DNA of 47,274 nt, taken from positions 1-47,274 of the forward strand of contig JANNWY010000021.1 of NCBI GenBank assembly GCA_031409335.1, given 5' to 3'. Positions 1 through 9,794 of this stretch are shown piece by piece. This stretch comes from Chthoniobacteraceae bacterium. GTDB lineage: Bacteria; Verrucomicrobiota; Verrucomicrobiia; Chthoniobacterales; Chthoniobacteraceae. Made by a program: the position numbers and the translations under genes. How positions within the stretch are numbered: position 1 is the first letter of the stretch; the number at the start of each line of letters is the position of its first letter. Under the pieces are notes generated by a model. That model was not told where the DNA came from, did no database searches, and saw nothing but the letters and a program-made list of their open reading frames with translations.

Positions 1-7
1 CAAGGCC

Positions 8-649
8 ATGCCGCCCCTGGGTGGCAGGTGGGCATTCGTGCCGGCAACCAATGCGGACCCGGCCCTGCCCCGCGTGTTGCTGATTGGCGACTCGATTTCC
101 ATCGGCTACCGGCCGTTCGTCATCAAGGCGCTGGCCGGCAATGCCAACGTGGAGGCGTGGCCGCATCCGCTGTTCCAGTCCGAAAAACTGAATCAAGCGC
201 TGAAAAAGATTCTCGTGAACGGGCCTTACGACGTGGTCCATGTGAACCTTGGTTTACACAGCGTGGCGGAGGGTCGCATCAAGCCCGGCACGTATGAGCC
301 ACTGACCCGCGAATTCATTCAGATCATCCGCGACACGATGCCCAAGGCGAAAATCATTTGGGCGAACACCACGCAGTTCACGATCAAGGGCAAGCCCACC
401 GAACTCGATCCGGTGAAGAACCCGACCGTGCTGGAACACAATCGCCTGGCCGCGAAGTTGATGGCCGAGTTGAACATTCCCGTGAACGACTTCTACGGAT
501 TGCTGATCAACAAACTGGAGCTGGGTCGCGGCGACACGGTTCACTGGACTCCGCCCGCTTACCAAATACTCGCGGACAAGGCGACGGCTTCAATCGTGCA
601 GGCACTGGGGCAGAAAGCGGCGGTCGAAGAGAAGGGTAAAGCACCATGA
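8..649 (+). CDS. SGNH/GDSL hydrolase family protein (may be 5'-partial)
   Basis: LLIGDSIS block I, VNLGLH block III, DTVHW catalytic D-x-x-H. Stop overlaps the next ATG (ATGA). Confidence 0.85.
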   Translation: MPPLGGRWAFVPATNADPALPRVLLIGDSISIGYRPFVIKALAGNANVEAWPHPLFQSEKLNQALKKILVNGPYDVVHVNLGLHSVAEGRIKPGTYEPLTREFIQIIRDTMPKAKIIWANTTQFTIKGKPTELDPVKNPTVLEHNRLAAKLMAELNIPVNDFYGLLINKLELGRGDTVHWTPPAYQILADKATASIVQALGQKAAVEEKGKAP

Positions 650-1593
650 AACGCCGGCGATTCTTGAAACTGACGGCGCTGGGTGCTGTGGCGTTGACCG
701 GGCTGCGGGTGTTCGCGGCCAACGCCGATCCCGCCGTCGGAGTTCCGACCGCCAAACCGTTCGTTCACCCCGGACTTTTGCACAGTCGCGTGGAGTTGAC
801 GTTCATTAGGAAGCAGGTCGCGGCGGGGGAAGAACCCTGGAAGACCGCCTGGGAAAAACTGCGGGCGTCCGCGTCGGCTTCGCTCGACTACAAGCCTCGC
901 CCGCGCGCCGAGGTGGTGCGTGGGCCTTACAACAATCCGAACATCGGCAGCTCGGAATTGTCCGCCGACTCAGGCGCTGCCTACACCCACGCCTTGCAGT
1001 GGTGCCTGACCGGCAACGAAGCGCACGCGCGGAAAGCGGTAGAAATTCTCAACGCGTGGTCCACCACCCTCAAGACCGTCTCCGGCCACGACACCAAGCT
1101 GCTCATCGGCATGACGGGCGTGCAGCTCTGCAATGCCGCTGAACTCCTGCGGCATACCTACACCGGTTGGTTGAAGCCCGAACAGGAGCGATTCGAGCGC
1201 CTGCTCCGGGAGATTCTCTATCCTCCGATCAAAGACTTCTTTCCCGCCGCCAACGGCAACTGGGACGCCTCCATGATCCAGACGATGCTGGCGATGGGCG
1301 TCTTTCTGGATGACCGGGCGATGTTCGACCGCGCGGTGAATTACTACCTCAAGGGCGAAGGCAACGGCGCCATCCGGAATTACTTCAACGCCTTTGGCGA
1401 ATGTCAGGAAAGCGGCCGGGATCAGGCGCACACCCAGATGGGGCTGGGCTTCCTCGGCGGTGCCGCCGAGATGGCTTGGCAGCAGGGCGTGGACCTGTTT
1501 GGCGCAAGCAGCAACCGGCGGGTCTTGCGAAAAAGCCGAATGCCGGGCAAAAGCCGAAACGCCTCGAAAAAGAGTGAACCAAAACACCAATGA
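646..1593 (+). pseudogene. Tat-exported alginate lyase family protein, C-terminally truncated
   Basis: MKRRRFLK twin-arginine signal, FVHPGLLH, NGNWDAS, QESGRDQAHTQMGLG. Family-like sequence stops after DLFGASSNR (~1518) and runs into unrelated sequence. Confidence 0.7.
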
Positions 1594-3134
1594 ACCCGCT
1601 CCACCTATTCCAAATCACCTGGCTGAAACTCTTACCCATCGTCGTTGCGTTCCTTGCGCTCGTTTGCAGCGAAGCCCGCGCGGCGGCGGATGCAAAGCTG
1701 AACGTCGTTTTCATCCTCGCTGATGACCTCGGCTGGGCGGATACGACACTCTATGGGCATACGAAATTTTACCAGACGCCGAATCTCGAACGTCTCGCCA
1801 AACGTGGGATGACGCTGAGCCGCGCGTACTCGGCGAGTCCGCTTTGTTCGCCGACTCGCTCGGCGATTCTCACGGGCTTGAGTCCGGCGCGCACGGGCAT
1901 CACTTCGCCGAATGGACACGCTGCCAAGGCGGAGCTTGAGGCAGTCGTGGCCAAGACCGCGCCGCCGAATTCGCCGACGCTGAATGTATCAACGGTGACG
2001 CGCCTGAAGCCGGAGTATCGGACGCTGGCGGAGGCGCTGAAGGACGCGGGGTATGCGACGGGGCATTTTGGAAAATGGCATCTCGGTCCGCCGCCGTATT
2101 CGCCGCTGGAGCAGGGATTCGATGTGGATGTGCCGCACTTCAATGGGCCAGGGCCGAAGGGATTTGTCGCGCCGTGGGATTATGGAAAAGTGAAATCGGA
2201 AACGCCCGGCGAGCACATCGAAGACCGTATGGCGCTGGAAGCGGCGGCGTTCATCGCGAAGCACAAGGAGCGGCCGTTTTTCCTGAACTACTGGATGTTC
2301 AGCGTGCATGCGCCGTTCGACGCGAAGGCTGCGCTCATCGAAAAACACAGGGCGCGCGTGAACCCTGCTGATGCGCAGCGTTCGCCCACGTACGCGGCGA
2401 TGATCGAGAGCATGGACGATGCGGTGGGTGCGCTGCTCGATGCGCTGGAGAAAAACGGAGTGCTCGAAAAGACCGTCATCATCTTCACCTCCGACAACGG
2501 CGGGAACATGTATAACGAAGTGGATGGCACCACGCCCACGAGCAACGCGCCGCTGCGTGGCGGCAAGGCCAGCATGTATGAAGGCGGCACGCGCGTCCCG
2601 TGTGTGGTCGCGTGGCCGGGTGTGACTGCCGCCGGCACTCAGTCCGCGGCGCAGGTGCAGAGCGAAGATTATTTTCCCACGCTGCTCGATGGCCTCGGCC
2701 TTGCGCAGCCTGACTCGCAGCGCTTCGATGGTCGCAGCATTCTTCCCGCGCTGCGCGGTCAGGCGTTTGAACGCGGGCCGCTGTTTCAGTTTTTCCCGCA
2801 TCATCCGCCGGTGCCGGATTGGATGCCGCCATCGGTCTCGGTGCATCTCGGTGATTGGAAACTCATCCGTCTTTTTCACGCTGGAGAAAAGGCGGCGCAC
2901 CGCTACAAGCTGTTCAATCTCGCTGACGACATCGGGGAGAAAAACGACCTCGCCGCTGCCCAGCCAGAGCGGGTGAAGGAACTTGATGCGCTCATCGAAA
3001 AATTCCTCACCGAAACCAAAGCCATCGTTCCCGCGCCAAATCCCGTCTTTGATCCGGCGAAATACAATCTCGCTGACGAAGGCCAGGCAAAGCCGAAAGC
3101 CAAAGCCGCTCCCAAAAAGAAACCGACACCGTGA
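1590..3134 (+). CDS. Formylglycine-dependent sulfatase (S1 family)
   Basis: [17 protein letters not shown] (CxPxR), [14 protein letters not shown]-terminal signal peptide, Lys/Pro-rich tail. Confidence 0.95.
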   Translation: MNPLHLFQITWLKLLPIVVAFLALVCSEARAAADAKLNVVFILADDLGWADTTLYGHTKFYQTPNLERLAKRGMTLSRAYSASPLCSPTRSAILTGLSPARTGITSPNGHAAKAELEAVVAKTAPPNSPTLNVSTVTRLKPEYRTLAEALKDAGYATGHFGKWHLGPPPYSPLEQGFDVDVPHFNGPGPKGFVAPWDYGKVKSETPGEHIEDRMALEAAAFIAKHKERPFFLNYWMFSVHAPFDAKAALIEKHRARVNPADAQRSPTYAAMIESMDDAVGALLDALEKNGVLEKTVIIFTSDNGGNMYNEVDGTTPTSNAPLRGGKASMYEGGTRVPCVVAWPGVTAAGTQSAAQVQSEDYFPTLLDGLGLAQPDSQRFDGRSILPALRGQAFERGPLFQFFPHHPPVPDWMPPSVSVHLGDWKLIRLFHAGEKAAHRYKLFNLADDIGEKNDLAAAQPERVKELDALIEKFLTETKAIVPAPNPVFDPAKYNLADEGQAKPKAKAAPKKKPTP

Positions 3135-5446
3135 AATCGCTCGCGCATTTCTCCATCGCACTCCTCGCCGCGTCGGCGCTGGGGCAGGAGTCTTTGCGTC
3201 CGCTCGTAGAGCAACACTGCATCGATTGCCACGATAGCGATACGGCGAAGGGGAAGCTGAATCTCGCGGCGCTGCTGGCGGAGGATGTCACCAAGCATCC
3301 GGCGGTCTGGGAGAATGTGGTGCGACGGATGGCCACGCGGCAGATGCCGCCGGCGAGCCGGAAGGAGCGTCCGACCGAGGCGGAGTATGCGGCCACCGTC
3401 GCCGCGCTGGCGGGGCGGCTCGATGCGGAAGCGGCGGCGCATCCGCAGCCCGGACGCACGGAGACGCTGCGGCGGCTGAATCGCGCGGAGTATCAGAATG
3501 CCATGCGCGATTTGCTCGCCGTGGAAGTGGACGCCACGGCGCTGCTGCCGCCGGATGAGGCGAGCCACGGCTTTGACAATATGTCCGTCGGCACGCTGCC
3601 GCCCACGCTGCTCGACCGCTATATTTCAGCGGCGCAAAAAATCAGCCGTCTCGCCGTCGGCGCTGCGCAGCGCGTGCCGGGCGGTGAGACCATCCGCATC
3701 AAGCCCGACATCACGCAGCAGGAGCGCGCCGAGGGTCTGCCTTTTGGCACGCGGGGCGGCGCGGCGATTCCGTTCACGTTTCCGCAGGATGGTGAATACG
3801 AAGTGCAGCTCCGGCTCACGCGCGACCGCAATGACGTGGTCGAGGGCCTGCACGGGCCGCACGATGTGCTCGTGCTGCTCGACCGCGCGCAGATGAAGAC
3901 ATTCACCGTGCGTCCGCCCGGCGGAAAGGGGCACGACCTCGTGGACGCGCATTTGAAATTCCGCCTGCCGGTGAAAGCGGGTCGTCGTGAGCTGGGCGTC
4001 ACATTTCTGAAAGACTCCGCGTCGCTGCTCGACGACAAGCGCCAGCCTTACGAGGCGCGGTTCAATTTTCACCGCCACCCGCGCCCCGCGCCCGCGCTCT
4101 ATCAAGTGTCCATCACGGGGCCGTTCGATGCGACGGGACCGGGCGACGCGGCGAGCCGCCGGCGCATTTTCATCGCGCAGCCGCAGTCGCCGGCGGATGA
4201 AGTGGCGTGCGCGAAAAAGATTCTCGCCCCGCTGCTGCGCCGGGCCTGGCGGCGTCCGGTCACCGACGCGGATGTGGCGCGGGTGCTGCCGCTGTTCGAG
4301 GAAGGGCGGAAGGAAGGCGGCTTCGACGCAGGCATCGAGTCGGCGTTGAGCGCGGTGCTGGTGAGCCGGGAGTTTTTGTTTCGCGTGGAGGCGCAGCCGG
4401 CGGAGGCCAAGCCGGGCGCGGTGTATCGCGTGAGCGATGTCGCGCTGGCCTCGCGGCTCTCGTTCTTTTTGTGGAGCAGCATTCCCGATGACGAACTGCT
4501 CGCACTCGCCGAGCGCGGCGAACTTTCGCAGCCCACGGTGCTCGAAGCACAAGCGCGCCGGTTGCTCGCCGACCCGCGTGCGCAGCAGTCGCTCGTGGCG
4601 AATTTCGCCGGGCAATGGCTGCACCTGCGCAACCTCGATGGCATCACGCCGGACGGGCGGTTGTTCCCCGACTTCGACGACAATCTTCGCCAGTCCATGC
4701 GCCGCGAGACGGAGCTGCTGTTCGACGAAATCCTGCGCGAAAACCGCAGCGTGCTCGCGCTGCTGAAGTCGGACCACACCTTCCTCAACGAACGCCTCGC
4801 GAAGCACTACGGCATCCCGCACATCTACGGCGAACGCTTCCGCCGCGTCGCGCTCGGGCCAGAAACACAGCGCGGCGGATTGCTGCGGCATGCGAGCGTG
4901 CTCATGGCCACGTCCTACGCCACGCGCACCGCGCCGACCATTCGCGGGAAGTGGATTTTGGAAAACCTCATCGGCACCCCGCCGCAGCCGCCCGCGCCGG
5001 ACGTGCCCTCGCTCGACGAAGGCGTCGTTTCGGAAAAACTTCCGGTGCGCCAGCGTCTCGCCGCGCATCGCGACCAAGCGGCGTGTGCGACCTGCCACGA
5101 ATTCATCGACCCGCCGGGCTTTGCGCTGGAGCACTTCGATGCCGTGGGCCGCTGGCGGTCGCTGGAGGCCGGGGTGCCGGTGGATGCCTCAGGCGGACTC
5201 CCGGACGGCAGCCGATTCACCGGCGCGGATGCTCTCGAAACCGGCCTGCTTCAGCGGCCCGAAATTTTCGCGACCACGCTCGCGGAAAAACTGCTCGCCT
5301 ACGCCCTCGGACGCGCCATCGAGCCGCACGATGCGCCCGCCGTGCGCCACATCGTGCGCCGCTCCCAGGCGCAGGACTTCCGCTTTTCCGAGTTTGTCAC
5401 CGCCCTCGTCACCAGTGTTCCATTCACCATGCGCCAATCCTTATGA
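3131..5446 (+). CDS. DUF1592/DUF1588-family protein with c-type heme motifs (planctomycete cytochrome-like)
   Basis: GTG start with signal peptide, CIDCH and [40 protein letters not shown]. Confidence 0.9.
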   Translation: MKSLAHFSIALLAASALGQESLRPLVEQHCIDCHDSDTAKGKLNLAALLAEDVTKHPAVWENVVRRMATRQMPPASRKERPTEAEYAATVAALAGRLDAEAAAHPQPGRTETLRRLNRAEYQNAMRDLLAVEVDATALLPPDEASHGFDNMSVGTLPPTLLDRYISAAQKISRLAVGAAQRVPGGETIRIKPDITQQERAEGLPFGTRGGAAIPFTFPQDGEYEVQLRLTRDRNDVVEGLHGPHDVLVLLDRAQMKTFTVRPPGGKGHDLVDAHLKFRLPVKAGRRELGVTFLKDSASLLDDKRQPYEARFNFHRHPRPAPALYQVSITGPFDATGPGDAASRRRIFIAQPQSPADEVACAKKILAPLLRRAWRRPVTDADVARVLPLFEEGRKEGGFDAGIESALSAVLVSREFLFRVEAQPAEAKPGAVYRVSDVALASRLSFFLWSSIPDDELLALAERGELSQPTVLEAQARRLLADPRAQQSLVANFAGQWLHLRNLDGITPDGRLFPDFDDNLRQSMRRETELLFDEILRENRSVLALLKSDHTFLNERLAKHYGIPHIYGERFRRVALGPETQRGGLLRHASVLMATSYATRTAPTIRGKWILENLIGTPPQPPAPDVPSLDEGVVSEKLPVRQRLAAHRDQAACATCHEFIDPPGFALEHFDAVGRWRSLEAGVPVDASGGLPDGSRFTGADALETGLLQRPEIFATTLAEKLLAYALGRAIEPHDAPAVRHIVRRSQAQDFRFSEFVTALVTSVPFTMRQSL

Positions 5447-6792
5447 GCACCTTCACCACCCGCATTGCCCTGCCGCGCCGCACCTTTCTCCGCGGCCTCG
5501 GCGCGACCCTCGCGCTGCCCTTGCTCGATGCGATGGTGCCCGCACTCGCCGCAGAGGCCAAGACCGCCGCCAAGCCGGTGCGCCGGCTCGGCTATCTTTT
5601 CATGCCGATGGGCGCGGACATGACGCGCTGGACGCCGACGGGCGGAGACAAGCTCGAAGAACTGCCGTTCATCCTCGAATCCCTCGCGCCCGTGAAGGAC
5701 CACGTCAGCATCGTGAGCAATCTCGAAATCCGGAACGCCTACCCCGGCACGCACGCGACCTCGAATGCGTCGTTCCTGAGCTGTGCCCGCGCGAAGCACA
5801 CCGAGAGCACGGATTATTTCCTCGGCACCACCGTGGACCAGATGGCCGCGCAGCAGCTCGGCCGCGAGACGCAGCTTCCCTCGCTGGAGCTGGCCATGGA
5901 CATGATGCAGACCGTCGGCCAGTGCGACAACGGCTACGCCTGCGTCTATCAAAACAACCTCTCGTGGTCCTCGCCCACCACGCCGCTGCCCGCCGAGGCG
6001 CACCCGCGCATTGTTTTTGAAATGCTCTTCGGCGAAGGCGGCAGCAAGGCGCAGCGTCAGGCCGCCCTGCGCAAGCGAGCCAGCCTGCTCGATTTCGTCA
6101 AAGACGACATCTCCCGGCTGCAGCGCGAACTCGGTGCCGCGGACCGCGAGCGGGTGGGGCATTACCTGGAAAGCGTGCGCGATGTGGAGCGGCGCATTCA
6201 AAGAGCCGAGCAAGGCTTGGCCGAGAATCCGCTCCCGGACCTCGACCGCCCGACCGGCGTGCCCGCGAGTTATGCCGAACACGCGCGGCTGATGTTCGAG
6301 CTGCAACTGCTCGCCATGCAGGGCGACATCACGCGCGTTTTCACCTTCCAGCTCGCCCGCGAAACGAGCAACCGCACTTACCCCGAGAGCGGCGTATCCG
6401 ACCCGCATCATCCGCTCTCGCATCATGGCAACGACCCGGAAAAAATCGCCCGCATGGCGAAGATCAACCGCTTCCACGTTTCGCTCTTCGCCGAGTTCCT
6501 GCAAAAGCTGCGCGCCACGCCCGAGGCCGGTGGCACGCTGCTCGACAATTCGCTTTTCCTCTACGGCAGCGGCATGGGAAATCCCAACGTCCACGACCAT
6601 GTGAACCTGCCCATCATCGTCGCAGGCGGCGCGGCGGGCGGGATGAAAGGCGGACGCCACATCCGCTACAAAGAGCCCACACCGCTGGCGAATCTGCACC
6701 TCACGCTGCTCGACAAGGCGGGCGTGCGATTGGAGAAATTTCAGGACAGCACGGCCCAGGTGGACGGGCTGTTTGCGCCGCTCGGAATCTGA
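5443..6792 (+). CDS. DUF1552 (HXXSHH) family protein
   Basis: ATG at 5443 overlaps the upstream stop. RRTFLRGLG Tat-like signal, TVDQMAA, HHPLSHH, TLLDNS. Confidence 0.92.
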   Translation: MSTFTTRIALPRRTFLRGLGATLALPLLDAMVPALAAEAKTAAKPVRRLGYLFMPMGADMTRWTPTGGDKLEELPFILESLAPVKDHVSIVSNLEIRNAYPGTHATSNASFLSCARAKHTESTDYFLGTTVDQMAAQQLGRETQLPSLELAMDMMQTVGQCDNGYACVYQNNLSWSSPTTPLPAEAHPRIVFEMLFGEGGSKAQRQAALRKRASLLDFVKDDISRLQRELGAADRERVGHYLESVRDVERRIQRAEQGLAENPLPDLDRPTGVPASYAEHARLMFELQLLAMQGDITRVFTFQLARETSNRTYPESGVSDPHHPLSHHGNDPEKIARMAKINRFHVSLFAEFLQKLRATPEAGGTLLDNSLFLYGSGMGNPNVHDHVNLPIIVAGGAAGGMKGGRHIRYKEPTPLANLHLTLLDKAGVRLEKFQDSTAQVDGLFAPLGI

Positions 6793-6822
6793 ACGCCGTG
6801 ATGAGAAGTGAACTCACTGGCA

Positions 6823-7041
6823 GCCCCAAGGGGGCGAGGCAACAAAGCCCAAGGCAAGCGACGAAGGAGCGCAGCCTTGGGTTGCCGAGTAGAATGGATG
6901 CAGCCCTGAAAGGGCGGGGCAACCCCGTGTCCGCCGGTTCGTTGCCTCGCACTTTCAGCGCTTCATTTTCTGGCGATGCAGACCTGGGGCTGCGCTCGTT
7001 CCTCGCTTGCCCCAGGCTTTGTTGCCTCGCCCCTTTGGGGC
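6823..7041. repeat. REP/MITE-like long imperfect inverted repeat
   Basis: ~60-bp arms (6823-6882 gccccaagggggcgaggcaacaaagccc... and 6982-7041 ...ggctttgttgcctcgcccctttggggc) plus an inner stem. Intergenic. Confidence 0.85.
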
Positions 7042-7108
7042 GAAACGCATGCCACGATTCATCGGGTTCGCTGCGTCTTTTGCGCCCTGTTTTTCAATCC
7101 GCGCACGT

Positions 7109-8656
7109 ATGAACACGGAATCGCTTTTGCCACACTTCGCTCGCCCGCTGCTCGCCGCCCTATTCTTCGCGGGCACAGCATTGGCGCACGCTGCGGCTCC
7201 GCTCGCCGATGCTGCGGAAAAGGCGGACTGGCCGCGCGTTCACGTTCTGCTCAAAGAGCGCGCCGAGGTGCAGGCGAAGCAACCCGACGGAGCCAGCGCA
7301 CTGCACTGGGCGGCGTATCACGATGACCTCGCCAGCGTGCAGGCGCTGCTCGCTGCGGGCGCGGATGCGAAAGCCGCGAATCAATACGGAGTCGCACCGC
7401 TTTCCCTCGCCAGCGTGAATGGCAGCGAGAGGGTCATCACTGCATTGCTCGACGCGGGAGCAGATGCGAACACGACCACGTCCGGCGGCGAATCTGCACT
7501 CATGACCGCCGCGCGCACGGGCCGGACCGGCGCAGTGAAAGTCCTGCTGGCACGCGGAGCGAAAGTGGACGCCGCCGACCGCAAAGGCCAGACCGCGCTC
7601 ATGTGGGCGGCTGCCGATGGCCACGCGCCCGTGGTGGCGCAACTGCTCGCTGCCGGAGCGGTGCGCGACACGCGGTTGAAGTCCGGCTTCACCGCGTTTC
7701 TTTTCGCCGCGAGGCAGGGCCGCATCGAGGTCATCCGCACGCTACTCGCCGCCGGAGTGGATGCGAACGAAGCCATCGCGACGGAGAAAGCCGGTGGCCG
7801 CCAGCCCGACGCAGGCACCAGCGCGCTGCTACTGGCGGTCGAGAACGGTCACTTTGAACTCGCGCTCGAACTCGTCAAAGCAGGCGCAGATCCCAACGAC
7901 CAGCGTTCCGGCTTCACCCCGCTGCACACGCTGACTTGGGTGCGCAAACCACCGCGCGGCGACGACCTCGATGGCCAGCCCCCGCCCGAAGGCTCGGGCA
8001 CGATCACCGCGCTCGAATTTGCCCGCCGCCTCATCGCTGCTGGTGCAAACGTAAATGCGCGCCTCGACAAGCGGGCGAGCGGGCGTGGACGACTCAAGCT
8101 GGATGGCGCGACCGCGCTGCTGATGGCGGCAAAAAATGCTGACCTCGATTACATGAAACTGCTCGTCGAGCTCGGCGCGGACTCAACCCTTTCCAACAAA
8201 AACGAAACCACGCCGCTGCTCGCCGCCGCGGGCCTTGGCTGCTTCGCGCCCGACGAGGAAGCAGGCACCGAGGCCGAGTGCCTCGAAGCCGTCGCGTGGC
8301 TGCTGAAACTCGGCGGCGATGTGAATGCCGTGGACCAAAATGGTGAAACCGCCATGCACGGTGCGGCCTACAAGAGCCTGCCGAAGATGGTGCAATTCCT
8401 CGCCGACCACGGCGCAAAGACGGAAGTGTGGAATCGCAAAAACAAATCCGGCTGGACGCCCGTGCTCATCGCCGAAGGCTTCCGGCCCGGCAATTTCAAG
8501 CCCTCGCACGAAACCCTCGCCGCACTCCACGCGGTCATGCGCACCGCAGGCCTCACGCCACCGCCACCCACCCCGCGCACCGGCCCGCAACCCATCGGCT
8601 ACGACGACGGCAGCAGCCCGCCTCCCGCGAAGCCGAAGAAAAAGAAAAGCCCATGA
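7109..8656 (+). CDS. Secreted ankyrin-repeat protein
   Basis: Signal peptide from ATG 7109. Repeated G-x-(S/T)-(A/P)-L-(H/M)-x-A-A and LLxxGAD units. Confidence 0.92.
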   Translation: MNTESLLPHFARPLLAALFFAGTALAHAAAPLADAAEKADWPRVHVLLKERAEVQAKQPDGASALHWAAYHDDLASVQALLAAGADAKAANQYGVAPLSLASVNGSERVITALLDAGADANTTTSGGESALMTAARTGRTGAVKVLLARGAKVDAADRKGQTALMWAAADGHAPVVAQLLAAGAVRDTRLKSGFTAFLFAARQGRIEVIRTLLAAGVDANEAIATEKAGGRQPDAGTSALLLAVENGHFELALELVKAGADPNDQRSGFTPLHTLTWVRKPPRGDDLDGQPPPEGSGTITALEFARRLIAAGANVNARLDKRASGRGRLKLDGATALLMAAKNADLDYMKLLVELGADSTLSNKNETTPLLAAAGLGCFAPDEEAGTEAECLEAVAWLLKLGGDVNAVDQNGETAMHGAAYKSLPKMVQFLADHGAKTEVWNRKNKSGWTPVLIAEGFRPGNFKPSHETLAALHAVMRTAGLTPPPPTPRTGPQPIGYDDGSSPPPAKPKKKKSP

Positions 8657-8799
8657 ACTTCCACCCATTCCAACACACGGCATTCGCGCTAGTCGGTCCC
8701 GCCCTGAAAACCTTCATTCGTATTTGCAAGGCTGCAAGTCTTCCACTTCCGCGGGTGCCAACGAGTAGCGCCGCGACGCAAACCAGAGCGCCCTTTGGC

Positions 8800-9584
8800 A
8801 TGAACGCCCGTTGCGGTGTCTTGTTCGCCCTGTTGCTCTCCGGTTCGGTGTCCCTTGCTGGCGACGGTTGGCACCAAGACTTCGACGCTGCCCAGGCCGT
8901 CGCCCGCTGCGATGGGCACGATATGCTCATCGAATTTGGTGGCAGCGATTGGTGCGCGCCGTGCAGGTGGCTCAAGGATCGCATCACGTCGAAGCCGGAA
9001 TTCATCGCCGCCGCCGGGAAACATTTCGTCCTAGTTGACATCGACGACCTGCGCCGGGCGACATCGAAGATGCCCGAGCGCTCCGCGCCGTGATGCAAAT
9101 GGCTGCCGGCGACTTCACCGCCGCCGTCGCATCCCTCAATGAGATGGTCAAAGCGCATGCCACCGCCTCCCGTTTCGATCTCGGCGATCTGCGACCGCTG
9201 CCCGAAAAAGCGGCGAAGGAAATCAGCGCCATGCTCGTCGTCGCCCGCGCTCCCGCCACCGGCAAGCTCAGCCAGTTGCGGGCACTGAATCACATCATGG
9301 AGGAGCAATTGCCCGACCCGTGCGAGATCTCATGCGGCGAAGGCTTCAACTCCGGCAGGCTGGCCCGCCCGATTCTGGCCGAGGCGTTTGGCCGCCAGTT
9401 GCTGGCGGAGACCGCGTCGCTGGAAAGCGAAGCGAGGGCGAAAGCCATCGGCGAGGCGCTCGAAGGGACAAAATTTTTGCGGAGCGGCGCCATCGCCGAA
9501 ATTTTCCAGACCGTCCTCCCCGCCATCGGCAAGGACACCGCGCACAAGCACCTCCCCGCTCCCTACCGCACATGGCTGGAGTGA
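8800..9584 (+). pseudogene. Thioredoxin-family protein, broken (N-terminal WCAPC part plus a downstream remnant ORF)
   Basis: Signal peptide, FGGSDWCAPC, FVLVDID. The fold is interrupted near 9060 and the frame stops at 9093. Whether ORF 9090..9584 belongs to the same gene is inference. Confidence 0.55.
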
Positions 9585-9608
9585 CAGTCAAGGCATAGGC
9601 CGTCGAGC

Positions 9609-9791
9609 CGCGGCGCACTGGAAAACGTGCGCGCCGTGCTCCTCGAAAACGCCGACCGCGAACTCTTCACGCAGGCCATCAAGCTCGCGCAAGGCAATCA
9701 GGCGAAGGCCGCGCGCTGGCTCGGCGTCTCGCGTCTGACCATGCGCGAAAAGCTCACGCAATTCGGCAGCCATCCGGCGCAGGCGGAGTAG
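9609..9791 (+). pseudogene. Orphan Fis-type HTH, C-terminal remnant of an NtrC/sigma-54 activator
   Basis: Translates as ...ELFTQAIKLAQGNQAKAARWLGVSRLTMREKLTQFG...*. No AAA+ domain upstream, and an in-frame TGA lies at 9582-9584. Confidence 0.8.
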
Positions 9792-9794
9792 GCG

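Noticed and set aside
4615..5442. Long N-terminal extensions in the ORF track (4615, 7007, 33500, 35820, 38912)
   Set aside because: They overlap upstream genes, repeats or fragments. Signal peptides or family motifs begin at the downstream ATGs used here.
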